Positions 22,787-35,894 are shown, counted from the first letter of the stretch. The stretch: DNA of 64,000 nt from Fistulifera solaris (GCA_030295235.1 AP026130.1:1240001-1304000); one strand, 5' to 3'. Translations and numbers: made by a program. The notes: generated from the letters alone by a model not told the origin.

Positions 22787-25700
22787 TCATACGAGAAACT
22801 CGTCGCCATCGAAGCCACCATTATCATCGAGTCGAATGTCGCTGCTTACGTCGGTGTTATCAGGGATGCTGATAGCCACAAAATCAGGAACATCAGACTG
22901 ATGGAGAATTGGCATGGACGGTGATTGCCGCAGAGTTGGGTTGGCATTCCCTTGTGCTGACGGTAGATTGCCTTGTTCTAAATCAATCCCACCAAACTTT
23001 TCAGCCATACGATCCACACTAACAATACGCCTCACGCCCAGTCGGTTAAAGAAATTTCTTCCCGAAGACGTGCGCTCAGGCGGTTTCCTGCCACGTCGGC
23101 GTTCATCCTCTGAGTCAACACGGCCAGTGTGATCCTGCACGTCGCTTGACGAACGGAGATGGGAAAAGGGCTGTTTACCGGAAGAAGCGGTCCGCAACGG
23201 TGGTTTCGTCCCACGAGAAGGTTGTCCTCTATTTCGGGGCGTCCCCGACGTAGTGTTCGACGCACCCGCTGCCGATGCAGATTGTCCGCGGTCATCCCTG
23301 TGATCTGGAGGATTCAGAAGGTTAACAAAACTTTTACCAATAGCACTTTTTATGGCATCGCCGCTGCGGTTCGACGGTCTTGACGAGTAGGTACCATCTG
23401 AATCAAGCTGACTGCTTGAAAGGGTGCGCTTGCCAAAAGACTTGAAACGATCTGTTGGACCCCGTAAATTGTTATCTCTCGGATCCTCGTCCTTTCTGAA
23501 AGATTTGTTGTCGCTTGATGTGCCTTGCGATCTGCGCAAAACTTCACCTTCGACATTCTTTTGCATGCGCATGACTTCATTTTCCAATTCCATTTGTAGG
23601 TCTCGCAGTCGTTCTTCCTTTCGCTTTCGTTTCACACCGAGCCTTCGCTCTCGTTCTCGATTTCTCTGCTCCTCGATCTCCAATGCTTCTTGCCATTGTT
23701 CCCACATTACTTCGCCCAAGTATTCACGAGGGCTCAAGGCTAGCGACTTTAACAGTCTGCGGAAATGAAAGGCGACTTGCAATGGTGTTGCGTGCAAAGA
23801 AAACCGCAGCGCAGCAAAAACACCCCACTCAGCATCAAGTAAGTTCTTTATAGAGAGAGACCATTCTTGTGTGAAAAATTCCAATAAAGATGCAAACATG
23901 TTGTTGCTTCGCTTGTTTGGCTTGACCAGTGACACAAGCTTTGAGGAAAAATCAGTTTTTTCGTTCTTATCATTATCATCGCTCGCAGTCGTAATTACGA
24001 GACCTACGTTCGGTTCGTTCAGCTTTGCGGCCAACAGTAAACAAGCCGCAAAAGACAGTCTGCGGTTGGACTTGTCCACACGACAATCTAAACAGAGTCG
24101 CTCAAAATACACACACGCTAAAGCCACCGTTCCAATTTCCAGGTTTGACATTACAGCAGCTTTCAACGCCTGCTCCTTCACAGACCGGATTTTCGACAAT
24201 GTCAGAGATGGTGGAATTCGGAGTGTAGGTATTTCCTTCAAGCCAGTCGTACTTTCTCCTACCGATTCTGCCGATGTGACGGATGACTGTCGCCTGCGAT
24301 TGGGCTTTGCATCAGACGAAATGTCCTCACTGGTATGATTACTTCCTACGGTCATGTCTACGACCACCGACGTTTCGGCTTCAGCAGGATCCTTCAGCAA
24401 ATACTTTCCTTCTTGTACATTCACATATGCTCCTATAAACTTTCTTGCTGCTTTGGGCGGTTCCCATCCGTCAAATTGCTCTCGAAATTGTTTATTTAGC
24501 TCAGCTTTCAATAACTCTGGCTTCACAAATTGTATCGTCGATGTCACCATAGGACCGATTACATGATCACCAATCATCACATTGCGATGACGTCCCAAAA
24601 CCATTTCCGGGTCGTCCAAAACACCAGGCACATACGGCTCCACCGAATCATCGTCTTCTGAGAAGGGAATCGTCGTCGCCCAACGACTTCTCATCGTCAT
24701 TATTGGTGTCGTACCCACTGTGGCTGCCGTTTTCTTTCCAATCTCTTACCGAGTGTTGCGACAAAAACCGATTGAATGCCTTATCACGATACTTTTGGTT
24801 CAACATTGTATGTCTTGACCGCCGCATCGGCAACAGAGCCCGATACGATATACCCCTCCAATCTCGTGTCGGCATGACAAACTGCGAACCTCCACCACCC
24901 AAACTTTCTAGTTTCTTTCGCATAAAAGCAGCATGTTCACGACGAGGTTCATAGCGAATGACCGAAAATACAGATACAGGATAGCTGCTATCAGCTGAAA
25001 AAAAGAGTCGGCCATCGAGCATGGGTGCGTGACACAAACCATGTGCAGTAGCTCGTTCCCACTCTCGAATAGTAGCTTGTCGCGCCACGGCTTTTTGCTT
25101 AGTCTGAATGAGCAGATTATTTTTGACGGGTATTTGGACACGAACAGCAATATCACCATCCAATCGCCTTCCCGGCGTGTACGCCGGCTGCATTACCGTT
25201 CCCGCCGTTGCTTTGTTCGCTGATTTCGCAGCCTTGCCGTGTTCTTGTTCCTGTTGTGTAAACTCCACATGATTGGGTCGCTCTAATTCATCGTCATCAT
25301 CTTGATCGTTTATCATATTGTGAGAGTTGTTGTTGTTTTGTTTCACGGCAGCACTAGCTTCGTTGCTTTCGGTCCCCCGGATATACTTTTCCCACCAAGT
25401 TCCGTGCGCCGCATGTGCAATCGTTTTCGTATCATTGCCATAGTGCTGTTGTTGTTCCTCTTGTTCTTTTCGTTGTTGCAATGCCCATCCATCCGTCACT
25501 AATTGCGGTTCGGCAGCCAAGGGTATGCCCAGCAAGAAATCCAGAGCTGCAATGTCTCGTGTCACAAATCGATTATCGCTGCCGCGATAAACACGTTTGT
25601 TTGATTCTTTTGATGCCATGCTGTTGTTGTTGTTTGCTGTAGATGTCGATATTGCGCTGTTTTGATTCCGCAAAAGACCCTGAGATGTGCTGGATATAGA

Positions 25701-25958
25701 TCCTTTGCTGCTGTTGTGACGCGGTGACACGGGGCGTGTGTAACTACCCAAGGAGAACTGACGTCGTTTCGGCGAACCGTCATTATCACTGTTGCTATTC
25801 AATGTATCATGTCGTTGTTTCTGATGCAGACTGGAGGATATACCGTGCTTGATGTACTCGTCATGAGAATTTAATCTTCGTCGGGCTGGTTTCGAAACGA
25901 GATCGTCGTTCGAAGGTTCTTTCTCTGCGGAGAGCGTCCAGTCGCTGCTGTTGCTCAT
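22787..25958 (-). CDS. CABLES-like cyclin-box protein
   Basis: Y.PG.LDDPE...GRHR.V, LNKQFREQF, LTLSKIRSVK, TVALACVYFERL, ACLLLAAK motifs; two ORFs joined by a 1-nt indel near 24665. Confidence 0.78.
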
Positions 25959-26326
25959 ACTGCTGCTTCCTCTCTTTTGTGATGATCTAGAATGGCATTA
26001 CTTATATTAGCGCTTTTGATTGTTATGAAATGAAATAGACGAATGATTAATTATTTATGCTGCATTTCGTTTTGTCGTTTGATCTTTTTCTATTTCAATC
26101 TGATGTCGCATCGAGTACCGCACACGATTATTCATTCGTCCTTCCGTTTGCCCGCCGCGCAACCCGCTCGCCGCGACCGCCGCGACGATGAAAAACTTTT
26201 CATTCATTTTCATTCATTCATTCTTTGCTTTGTTGTTGCTGTCGTTGTTACGATTGATATCCCTTCAAACTTCCTCTATCTTAAGTTTCTTAGTCTCTGC
26301 TTCATTATTGCTGCACTTTTTCCGTC

Positions 26327-26753
26327 ATGGCAAAACATCATCCTGATTTGGTCATGTGTCGAAAGCAACCGGGCGTTGCCATAGGTCGCTTGTGTGAAAA
26401 ATGTAGGTCGTTGCAACACGAAATCTCGCCACGCCTTTCATTGGTTTTCTTACTCACGCATTGCCGCGTATGGCTCTTCATGTTCGGCTCAAACAGGCGA
26501 TGGTCTTTGTTGCATTTGTAATTCATTCGTCAATCCTCATACGCTCGTACATGTCTGCGAGGAATGCAATTACGGAAGTTTGCAGGGACGGTGTGTTATT
26601 TGTGGAAACCCGGGAGTATGTGACGCGTATTATTGTCGAGAATGTGTGCAGCAAGAAAAGGATCGGGATGGTTGTCCTAAAATTGTGAATCTTGGTTCGA
26701 CCAAGACGGATTTGTTTTATGAGCGAAAGAAATACGGATTCAAGAAGCGGTGA
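26327..26753 (+). CDS. PHF5A: PHF5A/Rds3 SF3b spliceosome subunit
   Basis: [26 protein letters not shown]...[31 protein letters not shown]; intron 26403-26496. Confidence 0.97.
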
Positions 26754-28298
26754 CGAATAACGGAGCAGCGATGCTTTCGGTCTTGGGGAAGTAACTTGAT
26801 TAATGTCTTGACATTACGTTGGAAACGGCAGTAGCATTTGCTTTTGAACAATCAACAGGTTTCTAAACAATTGATTGGATGCAAAAGAGGATATGCACAT
26901 TCCAAACAAACACTTTCTTAAATTTAGTTACCGCTATCGATTGACATCTTCGTTTCTGCCATTTCACTTCCCGCCTGTGGTGCGGGTTCTTTTGAGTGCA
27001 AGACGCGGGTTGTAGACGGAAAAGTGAGAGCAGCTGGAAATATGCGGACCGATCAATAAATTCGTTTTTAGTCGCCCAAGCAACGGTCAGCTAACCAGTG
27101 CTCTTTTCCGAGACCCTGATACAAATCCTAGTTCGCTGTTTTGCTCCGTCAGTTATACAGTCCAAGGCCATTGTTCATTTCCTCTACTTCGAAGGCCATC
27201 ACAAGTCGACCGGTCTCCTTTCGTCCATGTTTCGCCGTGAGCATTGAGCATTGATGGATGAATTCGGCATCTTAAATATTACAATGACTCTTGATTCTCG
27301 AGTATTATTTGGAGTCTGAATATTGAGCTCCTAAGCTCGTAACCTGCAACCCAATACCCTCTATGATTTGGGTCAATATTCAATATCTTGTTGTCGTTGT
27401 CCTTCCATCACCTACTTATCTCATCTTTTATCGCCTAGCAAGAAAGACAGAGCTTAAAGCCTCTAGGCCTATTTGCTTCCTTTAGCTCTCAGAATCAAGC
27501 TCATGGGGTGAGGAGAGTTCGCATTGCAGCGGCTAGAAAAAATACGGCTACGCCCAGCGGTGCCGAGTTAATCCGTAAATCTGTTGATATCTCCTGAGAA
27601 TTCCCTACAATAATCTATACGGATCATCAATACTGTATTCGAATTGCATCAAGCCCCGAAGAACAAAGAAAACGATGTCATTCACTTGAAAATACCATCA
27701 ATCAAGACCAAGCTATAAGCTACCCACAAATGACCCACAAGAGACATGTGATAGGAGACATCAACTATGACGCACTGACGCATTGCAGGCAAGAGGCAAG
27801 AGCAAGAGGCAACAAATGACGAATTTTGGACAAATGACCGGACAAGGCAAACGAGGATTCTGTGAAGAGCGAATCGTCAGATTGTCAAGAGTCAAGACCC
27901 ATCATTGAGACTAAAATCGATACTTATTGCCATGAAGATCATCCGTGACAGGACAAGACAACGTTAAATGATGTGTAAGATTACTTTATTATTTGTTTGG
28001 CTTCCTATTTCAAGATGTAATTATTGATCTAAAGCGGTTCCGAAATCACTTTTAGTATAGACAGATGACAAAATGATAGGAAAATCTAGAGGCAACAGAA
28101 TAGCAGAAGAACAATTGCGGAGTGCGGCGAGCCCGGATGTCTACACCTCCGCAACAATGGATCTCGGTTTTCCGCTTGAAATCTAAAGCTCTCACACTCT
28201 CTCCAAAGTCTCACCTTCCTCTCAATTTCACAGCATCATTTATCCTCCACTAGCCGGCATTGTTGAAAGTAGCTTCTTAGCAATTTGTCAAGGGAGTC

Positions 28299-28535
28299 AT
28301 GTCATCATCGCCGTTACACACCCCTCCCTCAAAAAAGGTCCGAATGAATTTGGGCCTAAATCGAACGCTATACTTCTCCGCGCCAGATGTAATCGCACAT
28401 TCAAATAGACTGCACGCTTTCACAATTGGAAAGCGGAAAGTAAAATCACTCGACTGCAGGTGGTCTGAATCTGACTGTTCGGCTCAATCTGAATACCATC
28501 TTCCAAGCAAGCCTGTTCGTCGGATGAGCAACTAA
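28299..28535 (+). CDS. 78-aa microprotein (KKVRMNL...CRWSES...P.RPVRR.S family)
   Basis: Clear paralogy with 31506-31727. Confidence 0.7.
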   Translation: MSSSPLHTPPSKKVRMNLGLNRTLYFSAPDVIAHSNRLHAFTIGKRKVKSLDCRWSESDCSAQSEYHLPSKPVRRMSN

Positions 28536-30651
28536 GCGTATGATGATACTGCCTTGCATTGAGTCAGATAATCAAGCAACTTTTTAGATCAGCATCATAA
28601 ATAAAAAGCAACGCTTTTAAGTTACTTCATAATGCCAGCCGATTCATACCACTTAGTCCATGCTCAAGAACAAGCAGTCTGGCTTTTAGGGAGACCTCCT
28701 CCATACAGTGCTGTCCTCAGTTTGAGAAGTGCTCTCTGCTTTGTAAAGGTGCAAGGCAAGGATTATAGACCACCTATCAAATGAGCGTCTTCAAAGGCGG
28801 CGCGTTCCGACGGCCAATATAAAACATTCCATTTTTAAACGCCTTTGTTATGCGAAGCAAAAACGATGACATTGGCGCGCTGCCTTAAAGCAGCTGTACG
28901 CGATCCGTCAAAGTTATTCCTTCGAACAATTGCAATCGTACCGACAGCTTCGGAAAATACGTTTAACATCAAACAAGACCAGCGTCGTTACGGCTGCCTC
29001 AAGATACGCGGGTGTTTCTTCTCGCAGAAAATAATAGAGGGGAACCAAGCGACAAAAGACGAGCCATTGAATACCGCATTCTGTTCTTATCACAGCGGAA
29101 TTTAAACAAGAATAGTTGCATTCACCAGCTACTGTAATCGGATCTCTTCGTTCACAATCTGTTGCCTTTGATTTCCAGAACACATGCTTTTTCATCAAGC
29201 TTGTCAGGTGTTTGTACCGGCCGGTGAGATCACATAGATAACTTTTATCGAAGCAACGGCAATACAAGTCAATCTTTCAAATTAGCCTTTGGTTTCACTT
29301 TCACTTCGCGTGTATCTCAGCTTTCAATAACGTATGCATCACTTCATAGTTATACCTGTTACAGCAGTTTCTCATAACTGCAATATCTCTAGAATGGATA
29401 GCGCTCGGTTCATGATGGTCTTTTCTGCCTCGTCCGTCGACGCAATCTCAATGAGTCGTCATGTCGCATGTCGCATGATGGTGCTTTCGCAATCTCCCAA
29501 TCTTTGACTATGCAGCAACGCCGATTTTTGCTCCTCATACATGGCCACTTGATTTGACTCTTCATCGTATGTGTCTTCATTTGAAGTCAATGTACTTTTA
29601 AAAATAAAGCAAACCACCGCTTCAACACTCCATTGTTGTCAATGTCGTCGTTGGTCGTTGCCGAGTGTCTTAGAAAACCCAAACCTTATCACATCGATTG
29701 ACTATAAGACATAAGAATAAGACTTGGAATACATGAAGGTTTACCGTTTAGATTCATGTGGAATAAGACAGTCTCGCGTGGCTCTTTTTCCGTGAATGAT
29801 TTTGTGTCACGAGTCAATCTTTTTTCGCTGTCAACTGTCAAGAGACGAAACCCTTTTCGAGAGAGACTTCAAGCGAGATTTCAAATAATAGTGAACTGCT
29901 GGACACGAAGTAGACTATCTAGCCTGTTCTTGGCAACGAGTACGAGTAACACTATAAACTTGTGCAGTCAGCTGTAGAAAAGCGGAAAATGGATAACGGA
30001 AAATGTCTAACATGTTTCTTGTCAAGTTATAGGAACTTTATCGTTTGCGCACATTCCACCTCGCACTCGTGATTTTCCGTTTCTGCTTGCCGCGTCAAGT
30101 GCTCTAGACTCTAGACTCTAAACATGCAGCATGCCGCACACAGTAAGATTAACTCTAACATCCTCTTTGTTCTCTCACACATGATGTAGACTAATCTCTT
30201 AACGTAAAACCCTTGACCCTCGACCACCAAAGACTCGCAAATCGCATGCTGCTAGCTGTTCAGTCGTCGTCTTGCTGTCTCCAAAAAGAAAGCAAGGAAC
30301 AGGGAAGAAGTTAGGAGAAAGAGCAAAGAACAAAGGCCAAAGACGTTGTGAGCTGTGAGTTTACAGCTTACAATTCACAGTACTTGTCGCGCCAAGCGCC
30401 AAGACAACTAACTCATAACTCACGATCAAGATGCGTAGAATGACAGAATGAAGAACATAGGACATAGGCAGTAGGCGGAAGTATGGCGTATGGCGTCCAC
30501 GTTGAGAGTTGAGAGTTGAGAGTTAACATGACCGATGACCGCGGTGACCGATGATCGATTGCCGATGACCGATGACAGATGACCAGGACGATGACCGCGC
30601 TGTTGCTTGGTCCATTTGTACTAATGCTTGATGATTGATGCTTGATGCTAG

Positions 30652-30969
30652 TAGGGATCCATTTCATACCGGTACGGTATGAAATATCGTACCGGCGGGT
30701 CGATTTTTCGCCATACCGGATATCGTACCGGCCACAATGACGATACCGGTATAAAACGATATTGAAGAATCAATATCTTAGCGGTATCCAATGAGTGATT
30801 TGATATGAGATGAGGGTTAAGATTAAGTTCTCCCACGTGCTTTCTGTAGGCAGATCACGTCTGCAGCTCATACCGCCAAATACCGGTATTTCATACCGGG
30901 CGGGCCTAAAAACCGGTAAAATATCGGAATACCGTACCGCCCCAAAAATCCCGGCGAAATGGAACCCTA
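30652..30969. mobile_element. Non-autonomous hAT-type MITE (318 bp)
   Basis: 14-bp TIR TAGGGATCCATTTC / GAAATGGAACCCTA (1 mismatch); 8-bp TSD GATGCTAG at 30644-30651 and 30970-30977; many subterminal TACCGG motifs. Confidence 0.92.
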
Positions 30970-31505
30970 GATGCTAGAGAGAACGCCGCACGCCGCACTT
31001 TACCAGCGACCCAGGATTCACAGTGACAGTGGGCAGTGGGTTTTGCGGATTGCGGATTGCGGAGAGCGGTGGACATAGCGGACAAAATCCTTGAGTGTCA
31101 ATGGTCGATGGCAAGTCACCGGTCACCGGTCACCGCTTTCGACTTTCGACCGCTTTCCGCTTTCCGCCTTTGCCCTTTGCCCTTTGCCTTCGCATTTCGC
31201 GCTTAATTTCTGACTTCTGCTACTTATCAAAACACGTCACTATGGATGTAACTGTGTGGACGACAACTTACAGTACTGGCGTTCGGGATTTCCGATTTCC
31301 GACAGCTTCCTGCGGACTGCGGAGTGCGGAGTACTGGGAGAATTAGAAGCGGCTATTATTGCGCACCGTTCCGCAATCTTTTCCGCATCTCCGCACACAC
31401 GTCTCGAACTTCCCCTTTGCACCTCTCTGGCTCGACAAGACACCATCTTATTATAAAATCTCCAACGACAATTTCCGAAGCATACCAAGTATTCATAACT
31501 TCACC

Positions 31506-31727
31506 ATGGCAGTCCCCCGTCGCAATCCTAGCGCAAAGAAAGTTCGAATGAACTTGAATTTGAATCAAGTGGTTTACTTCTGTGCAGCAGAGCTCCCTTC
31601 TTATTCTTCCAAATCAGGCGAACGACTTCAAGTTCAATCATACAGCTGCAGATGGTCCGAATCCAGTTGTGAGCTCAATTCAAGATGCAGTGTTCCCTGC
31701 AGACCCGTTCGCCGAACGAGTGATTAA
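31506..31727 (+). CDS. 73-aa microprotein, paralog of 28299-28535
   Basis: Strong-context ACCATGG; KKVRMNLNLN..YF, CRWSES.C, P.RPVRRTS conserved. Confidence 0.72.
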   Translation: MAVPRRNPSAKKVRMNLNLNQVVYFCAAELPSYSSKSGERLQVQSYSCRWSESSCELNSRCSVPCRPVRRTSD

Positions 31728-33080
31728 GCAGGATCATCGGATCACTGAAGCTCTGGCAGTGAGCATGTCGGTGTTGAATCGACAACTGCCGCAATTTTGA
31801 CCCTCAATGCTGTTATCATTCATAAGTTTCATAACATATGCTATCATAGAAATCATATTTCATAACCTAAAGTCTCGTCTTGGTGTATTCATTATCGTAA
31901 TACTCGAGTTAAGAGCGGATTCAAAGGAAGATAACTGCAACTGCTCGTTCAGGCGGACGACTGAGAGCTTTGTCCTAATACGTCTGATGCAATCCTTAGA
32001 AATTTGACAATTCGTGCGGTGACAAACATCCTTTGCGTTGTATCGCCAAATTGCGGCGTACCTGTTTGGGTCTTCCGAATTTACAGAATCGACAACGAAA
32101 TGGCCACCGCCGAGTTATAGCGTTAAAACCAAGTAAGCATTGAACTGCTTGACGACAGAGTCAGATTTCGACTAAATGTATGTACTCAAACACCTCAAAT
32201 TTCAAGTGAAAATCGCTTAGTGTCTGCTGGCCTCAACAAAAGTCCGATGAATGCCCATTTAGCAAGCCCAAAACCGCAAATAATATGATCACTGTGAATG
32301 CGCAAAGGAACCACGTCGTTTGCCATCGATATGGCTAAAAATAAAGACTTTAAATTCAATACACGAAACTCATTAAAGAATGCTTTGCAATTGAGCTTGT
32401 ACCGAGTGGCCTTGCAGAATTGACGACGTCAACGACACCTTGTAAAGTTTGGAAGAAAGATCTCATCAAGCCTAACAGTCTCGCGTCACCTCGTAATTCT
32501 TCTCTTTTCTCTTGAAACATAAGCTGAGCAGAGCATCATTTGTCGAAATGGATCGATATCGACACTTTCATTGCGTGGATATCCTTCAACCAGCAACCGC
32601 GCAGATGACTTTCCGACAGAAGGCAGATACGCGCCTTCGGTGCTTATGTGAGTCCACCTGGCGCTTGATCCGCTATCTGGTTTAGTTTATCGCTCATATC
32701 ATCTTGCTTAGCACAATGGAAGCAAAGATAAAAGCTTGGAAAATGCTTTCTATCATGGTCTTTTTCATGTTTCGATGATGAATACTTTTTTTATTTTGCA
32801 CCTCTTTTTCGCACTCAGCACCGCGTGTCGTATTCAAGGGAAGGACACTATTCCATAGTGTATGACTGAGTACCGTTCATCCCTATGTCCAAATTATGCG
32901 TGACGACTGACAGACGACAGAATGAACTTGCGGCTGTCGTGGACCGCCGCACCATTATTTCTCATGGCTTTTCGCACAGCTATCGCATCCATGCTGCGCA
33001 ACACAACATGAATGTCATCCTTTCTATGCTAAAGCACTTATAAGAAAGAGCCACTCATTCATTGATAAAAGAACGCAACA

Positions 33081-34569
33081 ATGACAATCGCTACGAATGA
33101 TCAATCACAGCTCGCTGTGCAGGACGCATCGACCGTAGATCCTAGTAAATTGACGGCCTTGTCTCCGGAAGTTGTACGTTGCTTCTGTACTTCTTTACAT
33201 GAGATGTTTCGCTTTTCTACCGATAATTGGTGCTAATAAATGTTACTCTTCTATTCTCTTTCAGATTTCACGACAGGCTACCATCAATGTGGGAACTATC
33301 GGGCACGTCGCTCACGGAAAATCAACTGTCGTCAAAGCGCTCAGCGGAGTTCAAACGGTGCGCTTTAAAACAGAATTAGAGCGAAACATCACCATCAAAT
33401 TAGGTTACGCGAATGCTAAAGTCTATCAAGGGAAAGCACTTGACGATGTCGATGCAACAGGACCTGTCTATACATCTCGTGGCTCCAGTCATCCCGATGT
33501 TTTCACGGAACAGGGTCGCGAGTATCATCTCCGCCGCCATTTCTCCTTTGTAGACTGCCCCGGTCACGATATTCTCATGGCTACCATGTTAAACGGTGCA
33601 GCCGTCATGGACGCTGCCTTGTTACTCATTGCGGGAAATGAAACCTGTCCTCAACCGCAAACATCGGAGCACTTGGCCGCCGTGGAAATTATGCGCCTGC
33701 AGCATATCCTCATTCTGCAAAACAAGGTCGATCTCGTCAAACCCGATGCGGCTCAAGCACAACAGGAACAAATTAAAAAGTTTGTTGCCGGTACCGTCGC
33801 TGATCAAGCTCCCATTCTTCCCATCTCGGCCGTTTTGAAATACAATATGGACATTCTCTGCGAATATCTCGTACGAAAGATTCCTTTGCCGCTTCGCGAC
33901 TTTACCAGTCAGCCTCGTCTTATTGTGATTCGATCGTTTGATGTTAATCGTCCCGGTCAAGATGTGAGTGAATTGCAAGGTGGTGTCGCCGGTGGATCCA
34001 TTCTGCAGGGTGTACTCCGTGTCGGTGATGTCATTGAAGTCTTGCCCGGCATTGTGCAAAAGAATGCCGAAACTGGTGCCATGGTGTGCACGCCCATTTA
34101 CAGTCAGATTGTGACGCTTTATGCGGAAAAGAATGATCTGCAGTTTGCGGTACCTGGTGGATTGATTGGTGTGGGAACGAAAATTGATCCGACCTTGACG
34201 CGTGCGGACCGATTGGTAGGTCAAGTTTTGGGCAAGAAAGGCGAGTTGCCCGCGGTTTACTCTGAAATTGAAATCTCCTATTATTTGCTGAGACGGCTGC
34301 TCGGTTTAAAGACCAGTGACGGCGGAAAGCAAGCCAAGGTACAAAAATTAACCAAGGGTGAAATTCTTATGGTCAACATTGGCTCAACGGCGACTGGTGG
34401 TCGCGTCAATGCCGTCAAGGGCGATTTGGCCAAAATTGCTTTGACGCAGCCGGTTTGTACGACCGAAGGTGAGAAGATTGCCCTTTCACGTCGTGTCGAC
34501 AAACACTTTCGGTTGATTGGCTGGGGTCAAATTCGCAAGGGTGTGCAAGTTGAAGTCAATGCCAGCTAA
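33081..34569 (+). CDS. EIF2S3: Translation initiation factor eIF2 gamma
   Basis: [48 protein letters not shown]; intron 33174-33264. Confidence 0.97.
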
Positions 34570-34804
34570 ATCTAATTAAACAACTCGTTATTCGAATAAT
34601 TCAATTTTTAAAGTGTTCCAAGGTTGCGTGACACAGACAATTTGCGCACGTTCCAGAACTTCTGCAATTATTGTTTTGATTTTTACAGAAATTCTGGAAA
34701 TCAGTAGTTCGGGACGAACAAAACTTAATGCTAGTTCCAAAAACTCTGGAATCCGTTATAATATTTCCTCAACAGGGTACTGTGTTATTTTCAGATATTC
34801 AAAT

Positions 34805-35790
34805 GACGGACTGTGGTTTTCATCAAACTGCGTTTCTGTGCGGATTCCAGAAAATCTGGAAAAGGGATCACGTCATACAGAAATTCTGTGTGACTGGTCC
34901 AGAAATTCTGGACCAAAAAATGTTTTCGTCTCAAAGAGGGTTGGTTCTGTGCTCGTCGTTCTAGAACATCTGAAAACAGTGTAACGAATCTAACAGAAAT
35001 GCTGTATTGCTTCAAGAATGTCAGGAGACGGCGTTTTTCATCAAAAAGCGTTTCGGTGCGAATTCCAAAAAATCTGGAAATAGGGATCACGTCATACAGA
35101 AATTCTGTGTGACTGGCCCAGAAATTCTGGACCAAAAAATGTTTTCGTCTCAAAGAGGGTTAGTTCTGTGCTCGTCGTTCTGGAAAATCTGAAAACAGTG
35201 TAACGAATCTAACAGAAATGCTGTATTGCTTCAAGAATGTCAGGAGACGGCGTTTTTCATCAAAAAGCGTTTCGGTGCGAATTCCAAAAAATCTGGAAAT
35301 AGGGATCACGTCATACAGAAATTCTGTGTGACTGGCCCAGAAATTCTGGACCAAAAATGTTTTCGTCTCAAAGAGGGTTAGTTCTGTGCTCGTCGTTCTG
35401 GAAAATCTGAAAACAGTGTAACGAATCTAACAGAAATGCTGTATTGCTTCAAGAATGTCAGGAGACGGCGTTTTTCATCAAACAGCGTTTCCGTGCGGAT
35501 TCCAGAAAATCTGGAAAAGGGATCACGTCATACAGAAATTCTGTGTGACTGGTCCAGAAATTCTGGACCAAAAAATGTTTTCGTCTCAAAGAGGGTTGGT
35601 TCTGTGCTCGTCGTTCTAGAACATCTGAAAACAGTGTAACGAATCTAACAGAAATGCTGTATTGCTTCAAGAATGTCAGGAGACGGCGTTTTTCATCAAA
35701 AAAGCGTTTCGGTGCGAATTCCAGAAAATCTGGAAAAAGGGATCACGCCATACAGAAATTCTGTGTGACTGGTCCAGAAATTCTGGACCA
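34805..35790. repeat. ~219-bp tandem satellite, about 4.5 copies, with nested palindromes
   Basis: GGGATCACG(T/C)CATACAG anchors at 34864, 35083, 35302, 35519, 35739. Confidence 0.95.
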
Positions 35791-35894
35791 AATGTTCGCG
35801 TTCGCCTTTTTCCATTGTCGTCATCGTAACGCGCACGATAAAATAGATCAATAACGCTGATTTCCTTTCTTTATATTAACACGAAACATCTTAC

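Noticed and set aside
34805..35790. CRISPR-like array of palindromic repeats
   Set aside because: Whole units repeat with no unique spacers, there are no cas genes, and the context is eukaryotic; it is a satellite
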